DNA of 63,623 nt, counting the filler. It is 4 parts of 4 records of this genome, joined end to end, with 100 filler letters (N's around TTAATTAATTAA, not from the genome) between each part and the next. Parts side by side here need not be neighbours in the genome. Positions count along the whole stretch, not along the records: positions 29,237 to 42,050 come from SRR20825006_2571; 3 more parts are not named here. One strand, given 5' to 3'. Shown here piece by piece: positions 29,237 to 39,603 of this stretch; position 1 is the first letter of the stretch; each line of letters opens with the position of its first letter. Both the position numbers and the translations under genes were made by a program. The notes under the pieces are model-generated. The model saw nothing but the letters and a program-made list of their open reading frames with translations. It was not told the origin of the DNA and did not search any database.

Positions 29237-30118
29237 GCACATTTTCGACTGATCGACGCACATATTGAGAATCGCGGTATAGAGTTCCGGGTCCACAGCA
29301 CTAAAGTGGTGAACCGGCTCATCGATGCTTGGTTTTTCAAGCTCAAGATACTGGGAACGACCAAGGAAGTTCTCGTCCGCCTTCACATCATTGACCCAGT
29401 TATCAAACCCTTCCTGGCTCAGACCGTGGAACTTGAAGCGCATATGAGAGAAACCCTCACCGCTATAGTTCCCCGAAAAGCCGTCATAAATGCCTTCTTC
29501 GTTGATCACGGCGTGGAGTTTGGTTTCCATGCCCGCCATCGAATAAATCTGGCCCGCAAGAGCCGGAATAAAGAAGGAGTTCATAATGCCCGAAGAGGTA
29601 ATCTTGAACTGGATCGGGGTATCAATCGGAGCAGCAAGCTCGTTAACGGTTGCAATACCCTGTTCCGGATAGACAAACAGCCATTTCCAATCAAGGGAAA
29701 CAACTTCCACCACCATCGGCTTGTGGCCTTTGGGCAATGGACGTTCGGCATCAATGCGGTCAAGCGGACGATACGGGTCAAGCGTATGCGTCGTTACCCA
29801 GGTAATCGCGCCAAGTGCGATAATGATTACCAATGGTGCAGACCAGATGATGACTTCCAGTTTTGTGGAATGGTGCCATTCGGGATCGTATTCAGCATCC
29901 TGGTTGCTCTGACGGTATTTCCAGGCAAAGAAAACCGTAAGTGCCATCACCGGAACAATGATCAGCAGCATCAAGATTGTGGACACAATAATCAGGTCGG
30001 ACTGCTGTGACGCAATATCACCCGACGGGTCGATCACAACCAGATTGCAACCGCCCAGAAGCGAAAACATCGAGGCAACAGCCACGCCGCGTACAAGTTT
30101 TGAAAGCATGCGCTTCAT
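29237..30118 (-). CDS. cyoA: Cytochrome bo3 ubiquinol oxidase subunit II, 3'-truncated
   Basis: Lipobox LLGGC, YDPEWHHSTKLEVIIW, LDWKWLF, MNSFFIPALAGQIYSMAGM and NYSGEGFS; no CuA Cys pair. Start at 30118 or 30109. Confidence 0.95.
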
Positions 30119-30560
30119 ACTTTGTCTGTTTCTGGAAGATGTTCTCACAGACAACCATATGCCTGCAAGCCGCATGAACGATCCATCGGAGACCGCCACA
30201 CGTCGTACCCCACCGCATCGCATATAGGAATGAACATCCTAAACATCCACGGAAAAGGCACAATTTTGGCAAATTTTTTTCAATAATCTACCAGATCGTA
30301 ATTTCGCGGAAATTGCTATAGCTGCGATGCAGCAATGTCAAGGTATGCGCCATGCATAGCAGGGTCTCAATGACAATTATCATTACAACGTAAACCATAC
30401 GTTGTGCGGTGCAGGATGATAATTGACACTGACGTTTTGAATTCACATGTTTATACTCAGACTCGATCCCAAAGTCGTATCGCCGAGCGATCCGGTTTTG
30501 TGATCCAATCAAAAGCAGTTAGGACCGAAAAGGTCCGACCAGTGAATTCGGGAGAACGGC

Positions 30561-31901
30561 GTGAACCAAACACCAGAAAACTACGCGACCGCCACCTCTT
30601 CAGGTTTGGAACGCGATGCGCGGCATCACAATGCCGACGCCACCAACGATCCGGGTCAAATTGCGCTTGGCGTGATTATTGGCCGGACATCGGAATTCTT
30701 TGACTTTTTCGTCTATTGCATCGCATCGGTACTGGTCTTCCCGCAATTGCTGTTCCCCGGCGAAACGGCACTTGTGGGCACCATGTATTCCTTTGCCATT
30801 TTCTCGTTGGCTTTCATCGCCCGCCCTGTCGGCTCCCTCGTCTTTATGACCGTAGACCGGCATCATGGCCGTGGGGTAAAGCTCACAATTGCGATGTTCA
30901 TGCTCGGTGGATCAACCGCGGCCATGGCCTTCCTGCCAAGCTTTGAGTCAGCTGGCATTCTTGCGATTTATCTGCTCTGTACCTTCCGCTTCCTGCAGGG
31001 TCTTGCATGGGGTGGTGCATGGGATGGCCTGTCATCCCTGCTCGCCCTTAATGCGCCGGACAACCGCAAGGGCTGGTATGCGATGATCCCGCAATTGGGT
31101 GCTCCGCTTGGCTTCATGCTGGCATCGTCGCTGTTTGCCTATTTGATCCTGACCTTGCATCCCGATGACTTCCTTGCCTTTGGCTGGCGCTATGCGTTCT
31201 TCGTGGCCTTTGCCATTAACGTGGTGGCGCTGTTTGCCCGCCTGCGCCTTGTGGCAACCTCGGAATTCGGCCATCTGCTTGAACAGAATGAACTCGAACC
31301 GGCCCGCGTGATCGATACCCTTAAACATAACGGTCGCACCGTTGTTCTGGGTGCCTTGGTCCCGATGGTCAGCTACGCACTGTTCCATCTCGTCACGGTC
31401 TTTGCGCTCAGCTGGGTCTATCTTTATGCCAATGGCAATGCCGGGCAGTTCCTTTTGACTCAGGGCGTTGGCGCTGTGCTCTGTGCCTTTGGCATCGTTG
31501 CATCGGGCTTCATTGCCGATCAGCTCGGCCGTCGCCGTTTGCTGGGCTACAGTGCCGGGATCATCCTGCTTGGTGCCATCCTCACCCCGCTTCTTTATTC
31601 CTTCAACATCATCAATGAAGGCATGATTGTACTGGGTGGCTTTGCTGTTCTTGGCCTGTGCTTTGGTCAGGCTGCCGGAACGCTGGCATCAAACTTCAAG
31701 CGCGAATACCGCTATACCGGTTCGGCCCTTACATCGGATCTGGCATGGCTGCTTGGTGCCGGTTTTGCCCCGCTGATCGCACTTTATCTGTGTGACAAGT
31801 TCGGCCTGCCCGGTGTGGGTGCCTATCTGATGTCCGGTGCAGTTGTCACCTTGGTAGTCCTGCAATTCAACAAACAGTTCGGTGCCAAAACCACCGACTG
31901 A
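30561..31901 (+). CDS. MFS metabolite:H+ symporter (MHS family) divergent from cyoA
   Basis: EFFDFFVY, ARPVG, DRHHGR and RFLQGLAWGG motifs; about 12 TM segments; GGAGA RBS before the GTG. Confidence 0.9.
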   Translation: MNQTPENYATATSSGLERDARHHNADATNDPGQIALGVIIGRTSEFFDFFVYCIASVLVFPQLLFPGETALVGTMYSFAIFSLAFIARPVGSLVFMTVDRHHGRGVKLTIAMFMLGGSTAAMAFLPSFESAGILAIYLLCTFRFLQGLAWGGAWDGLSSLLALNAPDNRKGWYAMIPQLGAPLGFMLASSLFAYLILTLHPDDFLAFGWRYAFFVAFAINVVALFARLRLVATSEFGHLLEQNELEPARVIDTLKHNGRTVVLGALVPMVSYALFHLVTVFALSWVYLYANGNAGQFLLTQGVGAVLCAFGIVASGFIADQLGRRRLLGYSAGIILLGAILTPLLYSFNIINEGMIVLGGFAVLGLCFGQAAGTLASNFKREYRYTGSALTSDLAWLLGAGFAPLIALYLCDKFGLPGVGAYLMSGAVVTLVVLQFNKQFGAKTTD

Positions 31902-31922
31902 GTGCGAAAACATCTTGAATTC

Positions 31923-31955
31923 AAACACCCCCGATCATTGGTCGGGGGTGTTTTT
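31923..31955 (+). terminator. Rho-independent terminator
   Basis: AAACACCCCCGA...TCGGGGGTGTTTTT after the MFS stop. Confidence 0.85.
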
Positions 31956-32118
31956 GTTCAAAAGGAAATATAGCGAACACAACGCGAAACGATGGTCAAT
32001 CCTGACATATTCTGGCAACCAGGTTCATTTCGTTGTTCGCTTCGGAACATTCTGTTACCGCTATTGCCAACAGACACACTATCTATCTGTATAGCGTCAC
32101 ATGATCGGATGAAAACGA

Positions 32119-33966
32119 GTGTTCAACACAAAAAACAATAACCGCATTCTGCCTGTGGCAGGCATCCTGACAACAGCAGCACTCATCGCAGGTTATGGTA
32201 GTAACAGCGCCCACGCAGCTCCTTTGGGCGGGACGGCCGTTTGCACGGAATTCAGTGGATCGACTTTTACGGTAAGTAACGGCGCCACACGTAACTATAC
32301 AAATATGTCTGCGGTGGCCGGAGCCACACCGGTATTTACCATCTCGGCCGTTGGCGGCAGTATCAATTACACATTCACCTATACAGACAATAGCGACTCA
32401 TCAAATAACCGCACAAAAACCGGCTCCTTGTCCAATGCCGGAAGCACGACGGTATCCTTTACCGCCAACGCGGCGACATCGAACGCCACCATTGATATTG
32501 CCAATACAGGCCCCGGTGACATGTCCATCACGGCAACGTCGTGCTCGGTCGTCAGTGTCGCGGGGTCTGGTGCGACAACGTCTTCTGCGGTCGTCGGGGC
32601 TGTTTCGCGTTCACAAACGACAGTTGTTCAACAAAATATCGGTGCCCGCGCCTCTGTGGTTACCGGATCGGCTGGCGCCGGTCCGACAGGTGGCGTCGGT
32701 GGCGCTTCCGGTGGCGGGGCAAGTGGATCAACAGGTGGCACGGCTGGATCAAACAGCAACAATTCAGATAATCCAAGCTTTGCCGATGACAGCAGCTATC
32801 GCCAAAGCACGATGAACCAAACCAGTACCGGCCTGCGACAGCTTGCCATGATCGGTGACTTTGACAGCTCCCTTATCGCGGCCCAAAGCGCCCAACAGCA
32901 GGCGCTTGGACTGGGCCCAACAGATCAGGGCGACATTGGCGGTGCGGCTGGAACCGATGGCAGAACCGCCCTTTCATCAAGTTCGCCGATTACAGTTTGG
33001 GGACATGGATCCTATACCAGCGTTGACAACGACTATGTTAGCGGGTCAACCGACAGCCGCTATGACGGTGATGTCTGGGGCTATAATATCGGGGTCGATT
33101 ACCGCGTTGCTGAAAACCTGACGACCGGCGTTTCGCTGGGCTATAGCGACACCGAACTGACCACCACGTTCAATAACGGCACATATGACGAGGCTGGCTG
33201 GGTGTTTTCCCCTTATGCCATCTATAGCCCGATTGCGGGCTTAAACCTTGTCGTTGAAGCCGGTTATGGCATGGGCGACATTGACGTTACCCGCAGCAAC
33301 GGATCGATTTCCGGCAAGACAGATTCCGATCTTTGGTATGGCGCATTGTCCGCATCTTACCGCTATCGCCCGGTTGACGAGACCCCGCTTTCGGTCTCGC
33401 CAAGCCTTGCCGTCCTTGCGGCGCGCAAGACCGTTGATAGCTACACCGAAAGCGGCGGCACGGCTGTTGGCGAAACCCGATCAAACACCCGCCAGGTCAA
33501 ACCGGCTGTCGAAATGGCCTATGATGTTTATCAGGGCAGCCTGACACTCAGCCCGTTTGTCGAAGCTGGCATGACCTATGATTTCACAGACGAAATCAAC
33601 GACGATGCCACGGCCTTCAATCTTGGTGGTGGCTTGCGTTTGTATGACAGTGAAACCGGATTGAATGGGTCGCTTGAAGGAAACTATCTGATCGGGCGGA
33701 CCGATTACACCGAATACACCTTGGCCGGAACGATCACTTATGGCTTTGTGCTAAGTGACGAAAATGGTCAGGATCTTGGTATCGTCAAACCGTTCTTTGG
33801 CAGCAATCTGAATGAATATGGCAATCAGCGTCTTCGTGGCGGACTGGGATACAGCTTCGGCGATCTTAGCAGCGAACTCGCCCTTTCGCACATGATGTCG
33901 ATTGCCAATGACAATGATCAATCTGATGAAAGCGCGATAGAAGTCAGCCTTTCCGTGCCGTTCTGA
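32119..33966 (+). CDS. Autotransporter-like outer membrane beta-barrel protein
   Basis: Signal peptide (AHA-A), Ser/Thr-rich passenger, Gly-rich linker, barrel starting at VWGHGSY, C-terminal Phe. Confidence 0.8.
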   Translation: MFNTKNNNRILPVAGILTTAALIAGYGSNSAHAAPLGGTAVCTEFSGSTFTVSNGATRNYTNMSAVAGATPVFTISAVGGSINYTFTYTDNSDSSNNRTKTGSLSNAGSTTVSFTANAATSNATIDIANTGPGDMSITATSCSVVSVAGSGATTSSAVVGAVSRSQTTVVQQNIGARASVVTGSAGAGPTGGVGGASGGGASGSTGGTAGSNSNNSDNPSFADDSSYRQSTMNQTSTGLRQLAMIGDFDSSLIAAQSAQQQALGLGPTDQGDIGGAAGTDGRTALSSSSPITVWGHGSYTSVDNDYVSGSTDSRYDGDVWGYNIGVDYRVAENLTTGVSLGYSDTELTTTFNNGTYDEAGWVFSPYAIYSPIAGLNLVVEAGYGMGDIDVTRSNGSISGKTDSDLWYGALSASYRYRPVDETPLSVSPSLAVLAARKTVDSYTESGGTAVGETRSNTRQVKPAVEMAYDVYQGSLTLSPFVEAGMTYDFTDEINDDATAFNLGGGLRLYDSETGLNGSLEGNYLIGRTDYTEYTLAGTITYGFVLSDENGQDLGIVKPFFGSNLNEYGNQRLRGGLGYSFGDLSSELALSHMMSIANDNDQSDESAIEVSLSVPF

Positions 33967-33997
33967 TCAATTCTAAACACGCACATCATCCAAAATC

Positions 33998-34031
33998 AAA
34001 ACACCCCGGCCATACCAGCCGGGGTGTTTTT
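33998..34031. terminator. Rho-independent terminator (possibly bidirectional)
   Basis: AAAACACCCCGGC...GCCGGGGTGTTTTT between convergent genes. Confidence 0.85.
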
Positions 34032-34165
34032 CATGCAGTAGGTGATTACGGCAACCTCAACCAGACAGCGCCAAAAAACCAATCCTATGGCACGCCCCCC
34101 GACATACCTTGGAAAGCCACGACCGGTTAAGGCCGTGAAACGATCTGGTGAGGTTGCCGCCTCCC

Positions 34166-34858
34166 TTAAACGTAATTGGACGGGAACATCGCGCGTTTGG
34201 CGTCTTCGTCCATTTCAGTCTTAAAGCTGTGGCCTTTGCCAACATCGCGCGCGCTGATCGCTGCCGGAAGTTGGTTGACGGCATCAAACCAGCGTTTGAT
34301 GTTCGGATATTTGTCCATCACATCCGGGTTTTTATGAACGAAGGGTGCCTTGTCGATCCAGCCCCATGCCGAAATATCAACAATCGTCAACGCGTCACCA
34401 ACGATGAAATCGCGACCAGCAAGATGATCTTCAAGAACCTGATAGTGGCGGGCGATTTCATTGCGATAGCGGTTTAGGCCATATTCGCTGCCTTCGGGTG
34501 CGACATGCTGAAAATGCACAGCCTGACCGGAAAACGGACCAAGACCCGTGGCAATGAACATCAACCATGACAGAAACTCGCCGCGGTCTTCTGCCTTACC
34601 AAGGAATTTGCCCGTTTTTTCCGCGAGATAAAGCAAGATCGCATTCGAATCAAAAACACGAACTTCCTTGCCACCCGGGCCATCAGTATCAACAATCGCC
34701 GGCAATTTGCCATTCGGATTGATCAAACGAAACGCCGGGTCGTGTTGTTCGCCTTTGCGGCTATCAACCGGCAGCACTTCATATTCAAGTCCGGATGCTT
34801 CAAGCATCATCGAGATTTTCTGCGGGTTTGGCGTCGGATGAAAATAGAAACGGATCAT
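34166..34858 (-). CDS. Glutathione S-transferase (Nu-class/YfcG-like)
   Basis: TPNPQK, INPNGKLPAIVD, FDSNAILLYLAEK and TIVDI motifs. Confidence 0.9.
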   Translation of the reverse strand: MIRFYFHPTPNPQKISMMLEASGLEYEVLPVDSRKGEQHDPAFRLINPNGKLPAIVDTDGPGGKEVRVFDSNAILLYLAEKTGKFLGKAEDRGEFLSWLMFIATGLGPFSGQAVHFQHVAPEGSEYGLNRYRNEIARHYQVLEDHLAGRDFIVGDALTIVDISAWGWIDKAPFVHKNPDVMDKYPNIKRWFDAVNQLPAAISARDVGKGHSFKTEMDEDAKRAMFPSNYV

Positions 34859-35012
34859 AAATGGTCTCCTTGCAGGTCAACGAATTTACACAAAACCGTG
34901 ACCCGGCATTGCTTTCTGGAATGATCGTTTTAAATTGACCGATAACACAGCAATTGGCAAGCTTCGTTTATTAATATTGCCACCAGACAAGAGTTAAAGG
35001 AGCCTCTGGCCC

Positions 35013-35711
35013 ATGATCGACCTTTATTACTGGCCAACGCCGAACGGTCACAAAATCACCCTGTTCCTTGAAGAAACCGGACTGGATTACAAAATCTTCC
35101 CGGTCAATATAAGTGCCGGGGATCAGTTCAAACCAGATTTTCTGGCCTTCTCACCTAACAACCGGATGCCTGCGATTATTGACCATGATCCGGCCGATAG
35201 CGGTGCCCCCATTACCGTTTTTGAATCCGGCGCGATCTTGCAATATCTTGCCGAAAAAACCGGAAAGTTCCTGCCGACCGATGTGCGTGCTAAGAAAACC
35301 GTCATGGAATGGCTGTTCTGGCAGATGGGGGGACTTGGCCCGATGGCCGGTCAGAACCACCATTTCGGCACTTACGCCCCGGAAAAGATCCCCTATGCGA
35401 TCAACCGCTATGTCAATGAGACCAACCGTCTTTACGGTGTCCTGAACAAGCGCCTTGAAGGCCGTGATTTCATTGCCGGTGATGACTACACCATTGCCGA
35501 TATGGCGTGCTATCCGTGGATTGTCAGCCACGAAAAGCAGCAACAGGACCTCAATGATTTTCCAAACCTGAAACGCTGGTTTGAAACCATTCGCTCCCGT
35601 CCGGCAACGATTGCGGCATACAAGGCAGCCGAACCATATTCGTCCACGCCTGCTGTGACCGAAGAGGGCAAGAAGATCCTGTTTGGGCAATCTTCAAAAT
35701 CAAAGACCTAA
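35013..35711 (+). CDS. yfcG: Glutathione S-transferase / GSH-dependent disulfide reductase, YfcG-like
   Basis: MIDLYYWPTPNGHKI, SPNNRMPAI, FESGAIL and QMGGLGPMAGQNHHF motifs; AAGGAG RBS. Confidence 0.88.
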   Translation: MIDLYYWPTPNGHKITLFLEETGLDYKIFPVNISAGDQFKPDFLAFSPNNRMPAIIDHDPADSGAPITVFESGAILQYLAEKTGKFLPTDVRAKKTVMEWLFWQMGGLGPMAGQNHHFGTYAPEKIPYAINRYVNETNRLYGVLNKRLEGRDFIAGDDYTIADMACYPWIVSHEKQQQDLNDFPNLKRWFETIRSRPATIAAYKAAEPYSSTPAVTEEGKKILFGQSSKSKT

Positions 35712-35717
35712 ACACAT

Positions 35718-35751
35718 AAAAAAGCCCCCGCTCTGCCATCAAAGCGGGGGC
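35718..35751 (-). terminator. Rho-independent terminator for the MCP gene
   Basis: GCCCCCGCT/AGCGGGGGC stem preceded by an A-run, giving a U-tract on the minus strand. Confidence 0.7.
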
Positions 35752-35770
35752 CACATCAAGATTGTGCAAA

Positions 35771-37474
35771 TCAGGCGCTGCGAACTTCCGACAGGAACGA
35801 TTCCACGGCCTTGTTCAAAACCGCGGCTTCGCGTCCAAGTCCCTCGGCCAGACCAAGAACTTCGTTCGAAAGCCGTTCTGCATCCCCCGCAGCCGACGAT
35901 ACACCCGTGATATTTTCGGACACATCGCGGGTACCATGGGCGGCTTGTTCGACATTTCGGGCGATTTCCTGCGTTGCCGCCCCTTGTTCTTCCACCGCAG
36001 ATGCAATCGTCGTTGTCGACCCGTCAAGCTGACGGATGGTTTCGGCAATTTCACTGATTGCCGTCACCGCATTCGATGTTGCAACCTGGATATCCTCAAC
36101 CTGCGAACGGATATCTTCGGTCGCCTTGGCAGTCTGGTTGGCCAGATTTTTAACTTCGTTGGCAACCACGGCAAAACCTTTGCCAGCATCCCCGGCACGC
36201 GCAGCTTCGATCGTTGCGTTAAGCGCCAGAAGATTGGTCTGTTCAGCAATATTGGTAATCAGCGAAACCACTTCACCAATCTGGTTTGCCGCATCGGCCA
36301 GCATTTCGATTTTCTGATGGGTTTCTTCCGATGTCCGCACCGCACCGTTGGCAATGGTCGAAGACTGCGCGACCTGATTGCTGATTTCGGCAATCGAGGC
36401 ACTCAGTTCTTCTGCAGCAGACGCCACCGTTTCAACGTTGCTCGACATTTCGCGCGACGCATTGGAAACCACACTTGATCGTTCACCAACCTGTTTGGCC
36501 GTACCCGTCATGGCATTTGCAGATGTCTGCATATCGCCTGATGCCTTGATCACCTGCGTCACAACCTGTCCCACGCTGGCTTCGAAACTGTCGGCCATTT
36601 TACGCAAGGCATCGCGTTTTTCCGCATCGGAACGACGTTCCTGTTCCTCGCGTTGAGTGCGCATTTCTTCCATTTCGATTGTTTTCGCCTTAAAGATATC
36701 CATCGCGCGCGCCAAATCGCCGATCTCGCTTTTCTGGTCGGTATATTTGACCTCGATATCGTGATCGCCCTGCGACAAGCGCAGCATGTTTTCAGAAATC
36801 GCCAGCAACGGGCGGGTAATCCCCCGGCTGATCATCAAGGACATGCCAACAACGGCAACCAGAATTGCCAATGCAACCGCGCCCATCACCAACATGCTTT
36901 TCATGAACACGGCATTCACATCATCCATGTAAATGCCGGTTGCCACGATCCATCCCCAGGGCTTGAATTCTTTTACAAATGAAAGCTTGGGACGGAGTTT
37001 GTCCGATTTCGGCACCTGATAGGTGTAATCAACAAAGCCCTGCCCGCCGGAACGCGCAGCTTCCACCATTTCGCGATACAGAAACTTACCCGATCCATCC
37101 ACCGCATCCCCGACGTTGGAGCCAACGCGCTCGGGCTTGACCGCATGGATGACAACGACCGGGGTATAATCAAACGCAAAGAAGTAATTCGTTTCATCAT
37201 AGCGCAAGGCCCCAACGGCCTTTGCCGCAGCCGCCTGTGCCTGTTCGCTTGTCAGCTCGCCCGATTGCGCCATCTCATGGAAATGCCCGATCAGGCTGAT
37301 CGCGGTTTCCACCAGATTCTGCGTCTTTGCCTTGCGATCCTCGACCATGTTGCTGCGCATTTCGGTAAGACCGAACGCACCGACCAGCAACACAGCAAAA
37401 ATTGCCCCTGCAACAATGATCAGCATACGCGTGCTGATTTTCATAGAATTCAAATTGAACATTTTCATCCCCAT
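35771..37474 (-). CDS. Methyl-accepting chemotaxis protein with single Cache and HAMP domains
   Basis: Two TM segments flanking a Cache domain ([25 protein letters not shown]); [32 protein letters not shown] signalling hairpin. Confidence 0.95.
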   Translation of the reverse strand: MGMKMFNLNSMKISTRMLIIVAGAIFAVLLVGAFGLTEMRSNMVEDRKAKTQNLVETAISLIGHFHEMAQSGELTSEQAQAAAAKAVGALRYDETNYFFAFDYTPVVVIHAVKPERVGSNVGDAVDGSGKFLYREMVEAARSGGQGFVDYTYQVPKSDKLRPKLSFVKEFKPWGWIVATGIYMDDVNAVFMKSMLVMGAVALAILVAVVGMSLMISRGITRPLLAISENMLRLSQGDHDIEVKYTDQKSEIGDLARAMDIFKAKTIEMEEMRTQREEQERRSDAEKRDALRKMADSFEASVGQVVTQVIKASGDMQTSANAMTGTAKQVGERSSVVSNASREMSSNVETVASAAEELSASIAEISNQVAQSSTIANGAVRTSEETHQKIEMLADAANQIGEVVSLITNIAEQTNLLALNATIEAARAGDAGKGFAVVANEVKNLANQTAKATEDIRSQVEDIQVATSNAVTAISEIAETIRQLDGSTTTIASAVEEQGAATQEIARNVEQAAHGTRDVSENITGVSSAAGDAERLSNEVLGLAEGLGREAAVLNKAVESFLSEVRSA

Positions 37475-37732
37475 AACCGGTATCCAAGCACATCGGACAA
37501 ATCGGTAACTTATTGATATTTTTTGTATTTTATCAGGAAGAGCAGCTATTTAAAGTGGCGTTCCCGCAAGAACATATCAACCGACAGATAAATAATTTTA
37601 TAACATTCGGCATATGCCTTATCTGTGATTACAATCACTCATAAGCACATTTCTGAACGGCAAAATAAGACCCGAAAACAAAGGATTGCCGTACAAGAAC
37701 CAAAGCAGAAAGACATCCGCAAAGGCATATTT

Positions 37733-38947
37733 ATGGTCAATTCTGGAACAAGCACCAGCAGCCCCGAAAGAACGCTATTTAATCCCGATCTTCGCACTAC
37801 CCTGTTGGCCCTGATCCCGGCACTTTTTCTCGCGGCGTGTGCCTTCCCGCCGGAAAACGCGCTTTATGAAAAATCCCCCGATATCCCGCCCTATATGCAG
37901 GATGAATTTTCCGCTTACGTCTCAGAAACACGCGAATGGATTGCGACCCACCGCGTCTTTCTGACCGACGATCACGACATGGAAATCACGCGCAACAGTC
38001 CGTTTGAAGTCCGCCCAAAAACCACCTCCAATGATCAACCAACGCGGGGGGTGCTGTTTGTCCATGGCCTTGGGTCAAGCCCGTGGTATTTCCACGACAT
38101 CGCAACGGAAATGGCCCGCAATGGATGGCTTGCAAGGTCAATGTTATTGCCCGGCCACGGCACCCGCCCGGGTGATCTTAACCTGCCCGACTATGCCGAT
38201 TGGACGCAGTCTGTTGCCCATCAGGTAGCCCTTCTTGAACGCGACGTCGATGAAGTCTGGCTTGGTGGTTTTTCGACCGGCGGCAACCTTGTGACCAGCT
38301 ACGCTGCCCAGAACCCGGAAATCGCCGGATTGTTGCTGTTTTCGCCGGGAATTGAACCAGACAGCGATTTGCTGTTCCTTGCCCCCGTGGTCCAGTATCT
38401 GTGGGACTGGGTTGATGTTGATCCTGAGGACAATGTCATTAACTACCAATCCCTTTCCACCAAGGCATCCGCACTTTATTACCACAGTGTCAGCAAAGCG
38501 CGCGAAAGCCTTGATGCAGCACCTTTTGACCGCCCGGCTCTCATCGCCATAAGTGCCGATGACAGTGTCCTTGATCCGCTTGAAACGCTGCGAACGTTTG
38601 AAACCGACTTCACCCATCCGTCATCACACCTAATCTGGTATGATGACGCCCCCGCACCAAGCAGCGACCCGCGGGTTGAATCCCGCAACAGCAACCTGCC
38701 CGATCAGCAAATCAGCAATTTCTCGCATCTAAGCGTGCTGTTTTCGCCCGAGAACCCATATTACGGTGTGAAGGGAAGTTTTGTTTTTGTTGAAAATGGT
38801 CAGGAAGACATCGCACTGCCCAGTGATCTGTCGACAATCTGGCGCAGTGGCTGGGGCTATAGCGAGCCGGGTAAATACCACGGACGCCTGACCTGGAACC
38901 CTTATTTCTATGAACTGATCGAAACCATTCAAGACGTCACAAACTGA
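37733..38947 (+). CDS. Alpha/beta hydrolase lipoprotein (esterase/lysophospholipase-like)
   Basis: Lipobox LAAC, VHGLGSSP, LPGHG and GFSTGG nucleophile elbow; start uncertain. Confidence 0.8.
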   Translation: MVNSGTSTSSPERTLFNPDLRTTLLALIPALFLAACAFPPENALYEKSPDIPPYMQDEFSAYVSETREWIATHRVFLTDDHDMEITRNSPFEVRPKTTSNDQPTRGVLFVHGLGSSPWYFHDIATEMARNGWLARSMLLPGHGTRPGDLNLPDYADWTQSVAHQVALLERDVDEVWLGGFSTGGNLVTSYAAQNPEIAGLLLFSPGIEPDSDLLFLAPVVQYLWDWVDVDPEDNVINYQSLSTKASALYYHSVSKARESLDAAPFDRPALIAISADDSVLDPLETLRTFETDFTHPSSHLIWYDDAPAPSSDPRVESRNSNLPDQQISNFSHLSVLFSPENPYYGVKGSFVFVENGQEDIALPSDLSTIWRSGWGYSEPGKYHGRLTWNPYFYELIETIQDVTN

Positions 38948-38969
38948 TCGCCGGGGATTTAACTTCGCC

Positions 38970-39485
38970 ATGATGAACAGCACCGACGACCTCACCCCGC
39001 CAAAGACAAACCATCGCACCCGTGTCTTTGCGTTGATTGCCTTTATGGTTTTGTGCCTGATCATATCGGCCTTTGGTGGTGCGGTGACCGCAACCAGTGT
39101 CAATGACTGGTACGCGACATTGCAAAAGCCGTTCTTCAATCCACCGAACTGGCTGTTCGCCCCGGTCTGGACGGTCATTTATTTCATGATCGCCTTTAGC
39201 GGCTGGCGCGTTTGGCTTAAACGCGGCATTGGCAATGCCAAAGGCCCGTTTGCGATCTATGGCGCGCAACTGGCCCTGAACCTTTTGTGGTCGTTTCTGT
39301 TCTTTGGGGCGCAATCACCCTTACTCGGCCTGATTGATATCATCGCCCTTTTGGTGCTGATCATGGCCAATATCGTGGTGTTTATGAAAATTGACCGTCT
39401 GGCGGGAATCTTGTTGCTCCCCTACGGAGCCTGGGTTGGGTTTGCCTGTCTTCTCAATAGCGCAATACTTCACCTGAACAGCTAA
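38970..39485 (+). CDS. tspO: TspO/MBR tryptophan-rich sensory protein
   Basis: WYATLQKPFFNPPNWLFAPVW, QLALNLLWS and LLPYGAW motifs. Confidence 0.93.
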   Translation: MMNSTDDLTPPKTNHRTRVFALIAFMVLCLIISAFGGAVTATSVNDWYATLQKPFFNPPNWLFAPVWTVIYFMIAFSGWRVWLKRGIGNAKGPFAIYGAQLALNLLWSFLFFGAQSPLLGLIDIIALLVLIMANIVVFMKIDRLAGILLLPYGAWVGFACLLNSAILHLNS

Positions 39486-39557
39486 GCTCCAAAACCGCTC
39501 AAAAGACCCGCGTGCAACACAAGTTTAAATTTTTGATTGCGTTGCACATCACGCCCG

Positions 39558-39589
39558 ATTAAATGTTATGTTATAGCATAACATTTAAT
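39558..39589. promoter_or_regulatory. Zur box (extended palindrome) upstream of the COG0523 gene
   Basis: ATTAAATGTTATG-TTATAG-CATAACATTTAAT has perfect 13-bp arms and resembles the TGTTAT..ATAACA Zur consensus. Confidence 0.85.
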
Positions 39590-39603
39590 AATGAGGTTAG
39601 TTG

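Noticed and set aside
30224-30560. RegA/FnrL-type sites or a small RNA in the cyoA-MFS intergenic region
   Set aside because: Only weak partial matches; no convincing palindrome or structure could be supported by eye.
32660-32770. Gly/Ser-rich low-complexity stretch as a tandem DNA repeat
   Set aside because: Codons vary and there is no fixed period; it is a protein linker.
35762-37516. Long antisense and alternate-frame ORFs over the MCP (similar ones over cyoA, the GSTs, zigA and the flavoprotein)
   Set aside because: These are shadow ORFs of well-supported genes and show no recognisable motifs.
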